From the IMG/VR virus record IMGVR_UViG_3300020473_000011, positions 217,558 through 281,557 of that record: DNA of 64,000 nucleotides, one strand, 5' to 3'. Of the stretch, positions 1 through 8,835 are shown in pieces. Position 1 is the first letter of the stretch. Every line of letters begins with the position of its first letter. The position numbers and the translations under genes were made by a program. The notes beneath the pieces were generated by a model that searched no databases, was not told the origin of the DNA, and saw only the letters and a program-made list of their open reading frames with translations.

Positions 1-298
1 TACGACCGTTGACGTTTTCAAGTGTGACACGGTCTAGTTTTTTCCCTTTTTCCATAGCGCCATCAAGCGCTGTAATCGTGACCTCATCGTACATAAAATC
101 CCACTCAAGTAGGAATTTACCGTCGGCCGTGTAAACATCTTCCGTCGCGGTTCGCTCACCATTTTTAAGCTCAGCCACTTCGCTAAGCTTAGTATAGGGC
201 TTGATTAGAATTGTTGTGCTCTTCATCGGGTCGCGACGTGCTTCTGTTAACGCGTCATAATTACCCTGACATTCATGAAGTCTCTTAAATGCACTCAT
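1..298 (-). CDS. Partial (runs off left edge) member of the IANGQF paralog family
   Basis: Manual translation from ATG at 298: MSAFKRLHECQGNYDAL...VYTADGKFLLEW...GAMEKGKKLDRVTL. This matches the YS/TxDGK and AMxxGK motifs of the next four ORFs. Not in the ORF track. Confidence 0.8.
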   Translation of the reverse strand, partial: MSAFKRLHECQGNYDALTEARRDPMKSTTILIKPYTKLSEVAELKNGERTATEDVYTADGKFLLEWDFMYDEVTITALDGAMEKGKKLDRVTLENVNGR

Positions 299-314
299 TG
301 ATTTGTTCCTTCTG

Positions 315-1013
315 TTATCTTAGGCCGAGGTCTACTTGCAGGCGGCGTGTGGTGTAGCGTAATAATCCCGCTGTGCGGCTAGACGCCTCAAACTTCATGC
401 GGTCGATAAAACGGCCTTTTTCAAACAGGCTCTCTAACTCACTTAACACATCGGAGATACGATCCTTTCTGAGATTTGCAAAGTAGCTGAACTGGCCATT
501 GGCAAGTATGCGCATGACGTCTCGATGGCTCCAAGTAGTCGGGATCTTTGTTAATCGTGGTAGATTGGCCATGGCCATAGGGCTGAACGTTTTTGATGCC
601 TCGACCTCGTAGACTCTGATTTCAAAGTCATCAAAGTTCTCGTCTTTCACGCGTTCAATAAAGTCATCGAGTGTTCCAAATTCTGCATCGAGGTCAGCGA
701 TAGCCGCTGCCATGTCGTCACCCTCATACTCCACTAAGATGTCCCGTAGCCTCTTATCAGCGTCAGGGTCATCGTACAGCTCTGTCACATAGAGTGATTC
801 TGAATGCCAGTTTACGCGGTAATTACCATCTTCGGAGTAGATGTCGACACCGTCGTCGTAGTCTTTAAGTGCCATAAGGTCAGTTAAGGTCTCGAATTTC
901 TCGAAACGTAGTGCCGTTGGCTGTTTTAGTAGGTCGAAGCGCTCATCTAGGCTTCTGTGTGCCATGGCTTCATAGCGCGCGTGGCATTCGTGTAATTCAT
1001 TAAATGCTGTCAT
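315..1013 (-). CDS. Paralog-family protein (232 aa), putative virion internal protein
   Basis: YSEDGNY, FGTLDDF, FSP...LPRLTKIPTTWS, ILANGQF shared with neighbours. Confidence 0.8.
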   Translation of the reverse strand: MTAFNELHECHARYEAMAHRSLDERFDLLKQPTALRFEKFETLTDLMALKDYDDGVDIYSEDGNYRVNWHSESLYVTELYDDPDADKRLRDILVEYEGDDMAAAIADLDAEFGTLDDFIERVKDENFDDFEIRVYEVEASKTFSPMAMANLPRLTKIPTTWSHRDVMRILANGQFSYFANLRKDRISDVLSELESLFEKGRFIDRMKFEASSRTAGLLRYTTRRLQVDLGLR

Positions 1014-1021
1014 GACTACCC

Positions 1022-1753
1022 CTAACCTAGCCCTAGGTTTACTTCACAGATACGGCGTCTATTGTGCTGGTTATAGTACTCAACCATCGCGCGTGTGGTG
1101 TCTTTGTTGTCTGCCATGATGATAGAGCCATCACCTTGCACAAGACCCTGTACCTCTGCTAAGAAGTCGGTAACGCGCTTTTGATTGCCTGTCGCCAGTG
1201 ACTTAAATTGGCCGTTTGCAATCACGCGAGCAAGTATATCGACGCTCCAACGGTTAGGGAGCCGCGCCACGCGCTTTAGCTTTGAAGCAGTGACAGGGTT
1301 GAAGATGTTCTTACCTTTTTGGATGCGTACAGCAAGGTCAAAATCGTCAATACGCGCGTCATCCGTAAGCGAGTTCATGAACGCTTCAATAGTTCCATGT
1401 TCCTCGGCCATACGACCCAAATAGATGATAATAGAGTCAAGGCTCTCGTAGCCGTTTTGGTCAAGCTCAACGTACTTAACCGATTTACCTGCCTGCATTG
1501 CATCTGTAATGTCTGTGATTGCGAGACCCCATGGATCCCACTTCACCATGTACTTACCATCAGCACTGTAGACATTAAAGTTGTAATTTTTGAATTTAAG
1601 TAGGTCTTCAACACGCTTGAAGTCTTCAATGTGGATGTTTGTTTTGCTCTTCATTAAAGCGAGGCGACGTTCGTTAAGCTCTGCGCTTTCATCAAAGTCC
1701 AAGCCCGTGATGAAGTCTTCTGTGCTCTCTAGTAGGGTAGCAATTACGGTCAT
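1022..1753 (-). CDS. Paralog-family protein (243 aa)
   Basis: DESAELNERR, YSADGKY, HGTIEAF, KLKRVARLPNRW, VIANGQF. Confidence 0.8.
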   Translation of the reverse strand: MTVIATLLESTEDFITGLDFDESAELNERRLALMKSKTNIHIEDFKRVEDLLKFKNYNFNVYSADGKYMVKWDPWGLAITDITDAMQAGKSVKYVELDQNGYESLDSIIIYLGRMAEEHGTIEAFMNSLTDDARIDDFDLAVRIQKGKNIFNPVTASKLKRVARLPNRWSVDILARVIANGQFKSLATGNQKRVTDFLAEVQGLVQGDGSIIMADNKDTTRAMVEYYNQHNRRRICEVNLGLG

Positions 1754-1820
1754 TGTATTCTCACGCTCAAAAGGAAAGATTAGGGCTGCCTTATTTGCAG
1801 CCCTATACGGTTACTTGGTC

Positions 1821-2600
1821 TTAATTTTGTAGGTTAACGATACACGTGCGTGAGTCGTTTGAGTGTGCACGGTAACGTACACGAACTTCATGCGAGTCTT
1901 CGATTTCTTCGTGATAGCGGCTAACTTCAACATCTTTATTCACGATGTCTTTAAGCTCGCCTAGCGGGCTAAGACGCGCATTTCGAAGGTCTTCACGGTC
2001 TGTCGGCTCGTCGTAGCCCATGTAGAAGTTCTGCTTTAGAACCGAGAACTGGCCATTAGCGATGACCTTAGCTAACGCGTCTAACGTCCACTTATTAGGA
2101 AGCTTTGTAAGGCGCTTTAACTTAGCAGCTGCAAATGGGCTAAATGTACTTTTCGCCTTGTCTTCAACTACTGTAATAGTTACTTGGTCAACGTCAGCAC
2201 GCTCTGTTGTTGCGTCCATGAACTTCTCAATGGTGCCATGCTCTTCTTCGATGGCCACCAAGAAATTATGGATAGCTGCTGCACCACCTTGCCATGAGTC
2301 AAGCGTCACGGTCTTGCACGTCTTGCCTACGCGCATTGCGTTTTTAATTTCAGTGATGCTGATCTGCATACCTGAACCACGGTAAATTTTAATGCTGAAC
2401 TTCTCGTCTTTTGTGAAGTAGTCATAGCCCGATGTTTGGTTGATGAAATCCGTTGGCTTAGTCCAGTTTTCGAACTTCATGCTGTGCGGTAGGTTCTCTT
2501 TCAGTAGATTGAATCGACGCTCGTAAAGCTCTGCTGATTCGCAGAAATCGTCTGTCATTACTGTGTCTAGTGCTTCTAAAGCATTATTAATACGTGTCAT
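1821..2600 (-). CDS. Paralog-family protein (259 aa)
   Basis: DFCESAELYERRF, HGTIEKF, KLKRLTKLPNKW, VIANGQFSVLKQNFYMGYDEPT. Confidence 0.8.
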   Translation of the reverse strand: MTRINNALEALDTVMTDDFCESAELYERRFNLLKENLPHSMKFENWTKPTDFINQTSGYDYFTKDEKFSIKIYRGSGMQISITEIKNAMRVGKTCKTVTLDSWQGGAAAIHNFLVAIEEEHGTIEKFMDATTERADVDQVTITVVEDKAKSTFSPFAAAKLKRLTKLPNKWTLDALAKVIANGQFSVLKQNFYMGYDEPTDREDLRNARLSPLGELKDIVNKDVEVSRYHEEIEDSHEVRVRYRAHSNDSRTCIVNLQN

Positions 2601-2659
2601 TGCAATACCCTTAAAATGGAAAAGAGGGTTAGCCCCTCTTATAATTTTGAAAAAATGGA

Positions 2660-3439
2660 TTAACGGCCACCAGCCATGTTAAACACCATGCTACGTGAAT
2701 CGTTTGAGTGCGCGCCGTAGTTGATCACAACACGGCCATCATCAAGCTCTTTGGTGTAGTCGACTTTCAGGCGCTTCTCTGCAAACCCTTTGATTTCTTC
2801 CATCGGGTCAAGGCGCATGTCCGTCTTGTTCGGATCGTTCGTCGGCTCGTCGTAGCCCATGTAGTAATCTTGCTTTAGAACAGAGAACTGGCCGTTAGCA
2901 ATAGCCTTCATCATTGCATCTGCATTCCAACGCTTAGGAAGCTTAACAAGACGCTTTAGTTTTGCTGCGTTAAATGGGTTAAAGACTTCTTTAGACTTCT
3001 GCTCGTAGACATGAATATCAACGCGGCCGCTCTCGGTCTCGACGCTGCTTGTTTCAATGTGGTTTACGAAGTCTTCTAATGAACGGTATTCACCACTTGT
3101 CGCCAGCTTGTGAAGGTATTCTGATGTAGGCTCATAGCTGCGAGGAACCGCTGATAGTGAGATTTTCTTACAGGTTTTACCTGCTTTCATACCGTGTTCG
3201 ATGTCCATGATTTCGATTGAACCCATGTACGCGTGAATACGATGCTTACCGTCTTTTGTGTAGATAGTTTGACCGACGCTGATGTCATCAATCTCAGTCA
3301 ATTCTACGTCTTTGATAATAAGCTTTGAGCTTTGCTTTAGAAGGTCAAAACGGCGTTCATTTAGTTCTGCTGATTCGCAGAAATCATGAGCTTCTAACTG
3401 TTCGGTGACAGCTAGAACCTGTGCGATTCTTGTGGTCAT
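2660..3439 (-). CDS. Paralog-family protein (259 aa)
   Basis: DFCESAELNERRF, KLKRLVKLPKRW, AIANGQFSVLKQDYYMGYDEPT. Confidence 0.8.
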   Translation of the reverse strand: MTTRIAQVLAVTEQLEAHDFCESAELNERRFDLLKQSSKLIIKDVELTEIDDISVGQTIYTKDGKHRIHAYMGSIEIMDIEHGMKAGKTCKKISLSAVPRSYEPTSEYLHKLATSGEYRSLEDFVNHIETSSVETESGRVDIHVYEQKSKEVFNPFNAAKLKRLVKLPKRWNADAMMKAIANGQFSVLKQDYYMGYDEPTNDPNKTDMRLDPMEEIKGFAEKRLKVDYTKELDDGRVVINYGAHSNDSRSMVFNMAGGR

Positions 3440-3518
3440 ATCTCAGTCCCAATTGTTTAAGTTTATGACGGTAGGAGTCCCAGCCCGTCGGCTAAACTCA
3501 TTGTACAACGATGCACCT

Positions 3519-3546
3519 GTGACAGCAACGACCAATGGAGTATAAT
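3519..3546 (+). promoter_or_regulatory. Candidate sigma70 promoter for arfA
   Basis: GTGACA-16 nt-TATAAT ending 35 nt upstream of the ATG. Confidence 0.5.
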
Positions 3547-3581
3547 GGTGCATTATGTAACGAAAAATTGGAGTAATACAC

Positions 3582-3812
3582 ATGTCGAAAAGTAAGAAAA
3601 TGTCGGTCGATGCTGGCCGTGGGACTATTAATGACTGCGCCTTGGCAGCCCTTGTAACCAGTAAGGTTTTCCGTACTCAAGTTGTAAAAGCGAAGAAAGG
3701 GAAAGGCTCGTACAAGCGTAACGGAAAGCATAAGCTAAAAGCTTATCCAGTAGCTTCTTTAATTAAGAAGTTAGCGGATAGCCTTTTAGCGCGTATTTCA
3801 TTACTGCGATAA
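3582..3812 (+). CDS. arfA: Alternative ribosome-rescue factor A
   Basis: GTINDCALAALVTSKVFRTQVVKAKKGKGSYKRNGKH matches the ArfA signature (E. coli [37 protein letters not shown]). Confidence 0.88.
   Translation: MSKSKKMSVDAGRGTINDCALAALVTSKVFRTQVVKAKKGKGSYKRNGKHKLKAYPVASLIKKLADSLLARISLLR
3734..3790 (+). promoter_or_regulatory. Long in-frame hairpin in the arfA 3' end (candidate RNase III or termination site)
   Basis: GCTAAAAG..TATCC..TAGCTTCTT pairs with AAGAAGTTA..GGATA..CTTTTAGC; located just after the KGKGS...GKH codons. Confidence 0.7.
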
Positions 3813-3861
3813 CTGTTGTACAATGATTTTCGATTAATTGAGACACTTTTGAGGAAAACTA

Positions 3862-4398
3862 ATGACGACCCCTTCTCGCGCAAGCGCCGTACTAGCAAAG
3901 TACGAAGGCATGAAAGCCCCTAAGAAAATTGAAACAATCACGAACAAAAACGGCGACGAGGTTATTCTCGTTAAAGCGGGTGAGTGGGATTACCACCGCA
4001 AAGCTCCAAATGCTGACAACTCTCCAATTAAGCTTGTTTCTATGGTTGGTGGCCGTAACGGTGCAGACTATGAAATCGTTTACCGTGACCATTCGTCTCA
4101 GCTGTTCAAGTTTGAGGAAGGTCTTACCGTGGACGAAGCACTGTCAGACCGCGACTTTGCTATCCGTGAGGTGGCTATCGAGACACCGTCTAAGAGTTTC
4201 ATGGATATTCCTAACGGTGATGATGTTGCCGATGAGTTGCTTAAAATTGATGGCGTGAGCGACGTTCAGCACTATGCGTCGTTTGTTGTGACATGCAGCC
4301 CTGACGGTGTTAGTGACCGTAACGTTATTCGTGACTTGCAACGCATCCGCGCTGAAATCTTCCATGTACTAAAAGCACATGACGCGCTTGAGTCGTAA
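3862..4398 (+). CDS. Hypothetical protein (178 aa)
   Basis: GAGGA RBS, clean ORF, followed by a terminator. Confidence 0.7.
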   Translation: MTTPSRASAVLAKYEGMKAPKKIETITNKNGDEVILVKAGEWDYHRKAPNADNSPIKLVSMVGGRNGADYEIVYRDHSSQLFKFEEGLTVDEALSDRDFAIREVAIETPSKSFMDIPNGDDVADELLKIDGVSDVQHYASFVVTCSPDGVSDRNVIRDLQRIRAEIFHVLKAHDALES

Positions 4399-4415
4399 GA
4401 CCAACGCAGCTAAAG

Positions 4416-4441
4416 AAAAGGCGTCGTATGACGCCTTTTTT
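4416..4441. terminator. Bidirectional rho-independent terminator
   Basis: AAAAGGCGTC-gtat-GACGCCTTTTTT between convergent genes. Confidence 0.8.
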
Positions 4442-4461
4442 GTTGAGTCCAGTTTAGAGTG

Positions 4462-5028
4462 CTACTCGAAAAGCAGTGCGTTGTACCAACGCACAGTTAT
4501 CTTCTCTACGTAATCAATCGTCTCTTTGCTATGACGGCCTGTTACATCAGGTAAACACTTTATGATCTCGTCGTATAAGACGGCCATACCACACTTTTTC
4601 TGTGCTTTAGTGATATTGCCTGCGCCTGCATTATAGCTCGCGAGTGCAAGCTTGTAGCGGTCTTCTTGTGGCCTTTCCGACAACCAGTAGTTGTTAAGCT
4701 GGCGCATATAAAGCGCTCCCGCGTTAATCGACACGGCTGGTAACCAGAAGTCATCAAGATGGTCGTACTTGCTTTGCATATCCTTCGCTGTTGCAGGCAT
4801 GAACTGCATAACACCTCGTGCACCTACGGGAGACACTGCAAACGGGTCAAATCTTGACTCTTGCCATGCCTGAGCTTTCAAGTAGCGCCAGTCCGTGCCG
4901 AACGGCAGTAGCAGGGCGTACTCTTTAAACTCTTTGTCGTAAGTGCTTGGGATAATGCTAGCCGAGTGCGCAACCGATAATGACAGAAATTGCCAAAAAA
5001 CGACCAGCATAATAAATAGCCTTTGCAT
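4462..5028 (-). CDS. Lytic transglycosylase (SLT family), putative endolysin with N-terminal signal peptide
   Basis: AQAWQESRF (catalytic E), GARGVMQFMPATA, ALASYNAGAG. Likely start MQRLFIML at 5028. Confidence 0.88.
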   Translation of the reverse strand: MQRLFIMLVVFWQFLSLSVAHSASIIPSTYDKEFKEYALLLPFGTDWRYLKAQAWQESRFDPFAVSPVGARGVMQFMPATAKDMQSKYDHLDDFWLPAVSINAGALYMRQLNNYWLSERPQEDRYKLALASYNAGAGNITKAQKKCGMAVLYDEIIKCLPDVTGRHSKETIDYVEKITVRWYNALLFE

Positions 5029-5179
5029 TGTCACCCGCCTGTTTAATCCAGTTTGAAAAAGTGGTTTCTCGCTTCTCAATCAGGTTGTCCATCCAAAACA
5101 GTGCCAGTCGGCCAAAGCCAATGCCAACGAGTGCCAGACAGATTTTAAACAGCCCTTGGGCAATTGCAGTCTCTAACAT
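4958..5179 (-). CDS. Small two-TM membrane protein, holin-like
   Basis: MLETAIAQGLFKICLALVGIGFG... and AIYYAGRFLAISVIIGCALG hydrophobic segments, directly upstream of the SLT. Confidence 0.6.
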   Translation of the reverse strand: MLETAIAQGLFKICLALVGIGFGRLALFWMDNLIEKRETTFSNWIKQAGDNAKAIYYAGRFLAISVIIGCALG

Positions 5180-5234
5180 AATAAAGCCTCTTAGATTCGT
5201 GTTAACGTATCGCGGCTCAAGTCTCAACGATTGG

Positions 5235-5264
5235 ATTATATCACTAGAAGTATTCGGGTAGCAA
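5235..5264 (-). promoter_or_regulatory. Candidate sigma70 promoter of the lysis cassette
   Basis: Minus strand TTGCTA-18 nt-TATAAT. Confidence 0.5.
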
Positions 5265-5287
5265 AAAGGCGTCACATGGACGCCTTT
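5263..5287 (-). terminator. Rho-independent terminator
   Basis: AAAAAGGCGTC-acatg-GACGCCTTT. Confidence 0.7.
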
Positions 5288-5306
5288 GGCAGGATAGGGC
5301 ACAAGC

Positions 5307-5615
5307 CTAAATAAGGTTGCCCAAGTCGTCGACCATGTCGACAAAAGCTTCTAGCGGCTCTTCTGAGCGGTCTACAAAGGCTTTAAGATAAGCGTGATGC
5401 TTCTCTAGGCGCTCAACCTCATCTTTCGTCAGTTCTTGCTGGTTGTTTAGGTGATTACCTACACGGTCAAGCTCAGCTTTTACATCACGCATTAGGTTCG
5501 ACACCTCACGGTAATGCTTAAAGTGTTTGCGTTGGATGTCTTTTAGCTCATCCTTGCCAATGTTTGTTTGTACTGTGATTTTTGCTTCGTTTAATAGGCC
5601 AGCTGCGCGTGACAT
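5307..5615 (-). CDS. Hypothetical helical protein
   Basis: Likely start MSRAAGLLNEAK with GAGGA RBS. Confidence 0.65.
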   Translation of the reverse strand: MSRAAGLLNEAKITVQTNIGKDELKDIQRKHFKHYREVSNLMRDVKAELDRVGNHLNNQQELTKDEVERLEKHHAYLKAFVDRSEEPLEAFVDMVDDLGNLI

Positions 5616-5660
5616 GACGTTTTCCTCAATAGTTCGATTAGTTAACAGCCTAAAGAATAG

Positions 5661-5678
5661 CATCGTTGTACAATGATG
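5661..5678. promoter_or_regulatory. Palindromic operator-like site (example of ~29 copies)
   Basis: CATCGTTGTACAATGATG. Confidence 0.7.
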
Positions 5679-5873
5679 TTAAGGCACAAAAGCAACGTCG
5701 GCAGTTTTATCTTCATCGTCGACCAGTGGGACATCGTCTTTCAGGCAAAAACCGTAGTTGCCGTGATTCATAGTCAGGTGATAATCACCTTTCCCCTCAG
5801 CGCTTATTTCCTGCAACATCGCGATAGCTTCGTCCACCGTCATTATTTCTTCGTTTTTGTGAAGATAGGGCAT
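5679..5873 (-). CDS. Small acidic hypothetical protein
   Basis: 64-aa ORF with RBS, flanked by TTGTACAA sites. Confidence 0.55.
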   Translation of the reverse strand: MPYLHKNEEIMTVDEAIAMLQEISAEGKGDYHLTMNHGNYGFCLKDDVPLVDDEDKTADVAFVP

Positions 5874-6002
5874 TTGTTGTTTCCTTTAGGGTCTCGTCAT
5901 TATCACCGTTAGTGTTGCCCGCCAGTTTAGTTGGGATAAACCAGCTAGGCAACACTAATCGTTGTACAATGACTAGAGCGCGCCCCATCAGTGTTGACAG
6001 TT

Positions 6003-6112
6003 TTCTATGGGAATAAATATGGAAACCCTATTGTAATGGGCTTTATCGGGCGTTTTAGGCGTTTTCCATAGGTTTCCATAGAAATGTGTGGTTTTCGTCA
6101 GGATTTTCCATA
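6003..6112. repeat. TTTCCATA repeat cluster (inverted arrangement) downstream of the recombinase operon
   Basis: Minus-strand copies at 6003-6012 (variant) and 6018-6025; plus-strand copies at 6063, 6073, 6105. Confidence 0.75.
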
Positions 6113-6137
6113 AAAAAGCCAGTCGTTGTGACTGGCT
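6112..6137 (-). terminator. Terminator of the recombinase operon
   Basis: AAAAAAGCCAGTC-gttgt-GACTGGCT. Confidence 0.7.
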
Positions 6138-6322
6138 CGTTTACTATTGCTTTTTGGGCTGAGCTAACTTAACGGCTCGTTGTACAATCAAATCGGCTCT
6201 CGATGGGGTCACACCATTGGCTTCCTTTGGCTCTACGCCTTTTATGTGTGAATGACTATCTACCTCCAAGCTGATACCTGTTAGACTGTCTGTCACGTCG
6301 TAAATGCCCTTACTCATACTCT

Positions 6323-6754
6323 CTACCTCAAGGCTACTACATTAGCATGTCTCATCTGTGACTCTAGGTCTGACACCTGACGGCGGCTTACCCATAGCTG
6401 ATAGACTAGGTTAGCCTCGCGTGTCACTGACTTATCCAGTTCGGCTTTGTACTCGTCGCGCTCTTCGCGGTAGCGTTCCTTAGCGCCTTCCTGTTCCTTA
6501 ATATTACTACGATACTTCTCCTTTTGGGTAGGTGTGGCTTGCCCTGCTTTTTGTTTCGCAGCGTTCTTCAAGTCTTTTATACGCTGAATGACGCTAGGGT
6601 AGTGGTAAGCTGTACTTAGGCCAACGCCTGCTTCCTCTTCCACTGCCTTAGCCGATAGCTTCCGTTTAGCTTCCACGCGAATAGGCGTACCGCTCTGTAT
6701 GCGCGTAATCGCGTCAAATAGTTCTCTTTCAGTAGATTCACTCATCTTTACCAC
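6323..6754 (-). CDS. GinD/TnpC-like small HTH + coiled-coil protein
   Basis: LSAKAVEEEAGVGLSTAYHYP helix-turn-helix, then a charged coiled coil; last gene of the recombinase operon. Confidence 0.65.
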   Translation of the reverse strand: MVKMSESTERELFDAITRIQSGTPIRVEAKRKLSAKAVEEEAGVGLSTAYHYPSVIQRIKDLKNAAKQKAGQATPTQKEKYRSNIKEQEGAKERYREERDEYKAELDKSVTREANLVYQLWVSRRQVSDLESQMRHANVVALR

Positions 6755-6758
6755 CTAA

Positions 6759-8834
6759 TTAGTTCGTGAAAGGTTCAAAAGCTACGTTGGCTTTCTGTAG
6801 CATGTGTTCAATCATTTTGATCTGCATCGTGCCTGAGTACATGATCAAGTTACCGCCTGCAAAGTCTTCGGCATTCTTTTGGTCGTCACATAGCTCTTTA
6901 TGAAGGTCTAGTAACAGTTCGAAGCTTTCGTCAGTATAAATCTGGCTGTCGCAATCCATACAAAGAGCAGGGTTGCTCTCATTGTCCATGTTGCACTTGT
7001 AGCCGCTTGAGCAGTAGCCTGCACCTGCCGCATGAATGCTTATCTCGCCTTTCTTGATAAGCTTTTTCAGACCTTCCACTGACTGGTACATTTTGGGCAT
7101 TTTATCACGTGAAGCTACGATGGACTCGCCTTTTTTGCCGTACAAGGGCTTGTCTGTATTATACAAGTTGTCTGCAATTTTAGCCTGCATGTTCAAGCGT
7201 TCATCTAGGATTTGACTAATAAGCTCTAACTGCGACTTACTATCCTTATTCGCGTCAAAGAAACCCGCGAAGGCTGCGTGGTTTGCATAGTGACGCGACA
7301 TGTCTGCACAAAGATGTTTGAACTGTTGCTTTATGGCAGACACCGACGCTAAGTCATGGCGAACTGCAAATACAGCTAAGCTACGGCGCAGTTGATGTAG
7401 CGATAATTGCCATACACTACCAACGAGAATTGGGTCTGATGCCAAAGTTGGATTCAAACGCTTGTACTCTTCTACGTCATCAGCTGTAACGCGGTAGCCG
7501 CACGCGTCGCTCACTGCTTGTGTATACTGGCTATTGTGCGCAGGCAACTCTGTAGGCGGCACACCTGCCCGTTGATTCGCTACCCATAAATGGTCGCGTA
7601 GCGTTTCAATCTCCGCAGCTTTAGGGTGACCTTCATCAATGAATTTTTGGCAACGGCCTTGAATGGGCTTTGCTAAGATAGCCGCAGTTTCTATGGCCTT
7701 TTTAGTGATAGGCGCTGTCACCCAAACATCAGGCGTACCCTGATGTGAGTTAGACATCTTATGTGTTACCGACTTAATCAAAGGGACGTTTGTGTTGTTG
7801 TAATTTGCGATGTAGTAGCTGTCTGGTTTAATCTCATAGGCGTCACTACTGCGCATACCCGTATACGCCACACAGGCCACAAAACAAGTTACTTGCGCTC
7901 TGTTGTAAAGTACTGTGTAAGCACGGAATAACGCATTAGGTGCATTTATCGGTGCTGCAATAGCTTTTAGCTCTTCGTAAAGCTTTGTGCCTTTTAGACC
8001 GTCCTCAATGATAGCGCGTGATTCACGGGGTGTACGACTGTTAATTGCACGCGCCTTAACCTCGACCCCTTTTTCAATACAAGCAGTTACGCCCGCATCA
8101 TAATTCTGGTACAGTTCCGCTTGAACACGTGCTAGCACTGAGGCTTCTGCCCAGTAGCGTTCGATTGAATCGTCTAAGTGATTCAAAAGACTTGCGTAAA
8201 CGTTCGTAGGCAAGGCAGGGTACTGCCTAATTAGCTGCTTATCGTCTGCGCCAATTGCCTTGGCGCTCAACGGGTTTACACCTAGTGTTGGAACGCGAAA
8301 CGGTAATAAGCTCTCTAGGTTCTCTAGGTGCGATAACAGTGCGTTATAGCCACTTATTGATTGGGCTGATAAGTTCTTACTGGCCAAGTGTACTGCTAGG
8401 TTATCAAACACCTGCGTATTGCAAAGGGCTGCAAACGACGAGTGCTGTTCCTTGTCTAAGAAGGATGCCATGCTTTTAGCGTTAGAAAGCAGCCCTGAGA
8501 TAGAACCCGCTTTAAGCAGGCGCGTCGATCCCGCTGGTGCTCGAAGAAACGTGTAGATGATTGACTTAACTTCGGCTCTAAGTGCTGGGTTCTTAATCTT
8601 CTCAAAGCGAAAGATCAGCTTATTTCCATTTTTCAGCGATTTCTGCTGATTCAAGTCCCATATATCATCTGCAAACGTAACTACTTCGCCATTGGGGAAA
8701 GCGGCTACGGTGATGCTCTTTTGCTTGTCGTCACTCAGTGGGCTTTTTAGCTCACCAAGGTTGATAAAATCAACCTTGCCCTCAAAGACTACATTTGCGT
8801 CATCTGTGACGTGAAGCTGTGTGGCTGCACCCAT
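6759..8834 (-). CDS. Large tyrosine recombinase (GinC-like) with C-terminal Cys cluster
   Basis: YTGMRSSD, LHQLRRSLA, QFKHLCADMSRHYA; C-terminal YCSSGYKC...CMDC. Confidence 0.8.
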   Translation of the reverse strand: MGAATQLHVTDDANVVFEGKVDFINLGELKSPLSDDKQKSITVAAFPNGEVVTFADDIWDLNQQKSLKNGNKLIFRFEKIKNPALRAEVKSIIYTFLRAPAGSTRLLKAGSISGLLSNAKSMASFLDKEQHSSFAALCNTQVFDNLAVHLASKNLSAQSISGYNALLSHLENLESLLPFRVPTLGVNPLSAKAIGADDKQLIRQYPALPTNVYASLLNHLDDSIERYWAEASVLARVQAELYQNYDAGVTACIEKGVEVKARAINSRTPRESRAIIEDGLKGTKLYEELKAIAAPINAPNALFRAYTVLYNRAQVTCFVACVAYTGMRSSDAYEIKPDSYYIANYNNTNVPLIKSVTHKMSNSHQGTPDVWVTAPITKKAIETAAILAKPIQGRCQKFIDEGHPKAAEIETLRDHLWVANQRAGVPPTELPAHNSQYTQAVSDACGYRVTADDVEEYKRLNPTLASDPILVGSVWQLSLHQLRRSLAVFAVRHDLASVSAIKQQFKHLCADMSRHYANHAAFAGFFDANKDSKSQLELISQILDERLNMQAKIADNLYNTDKPLYGKKGESIVASRDKMPKMYQSVEGLKKLIKKGEISIHAAGAGYCSSGYKCNMDNESNPALCMDCDSQIYTDESFELLLDLHKELCDDQKNAEDFAGGNLIMYSGTMQIKMIEHMLQKANVAFEPFTN

Positions 8835-8835
8835 C

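Noticed and set aside
3498-3731. 77-aa minus-strand ORF
   Set aside because: Antisense to the well-supported arfA
5797-5988. 63-aa minus-strand ORF
   Set aside because: Overlaps the 5679-5873 gene and spans a TTGTACAA regulatory site; no RBS
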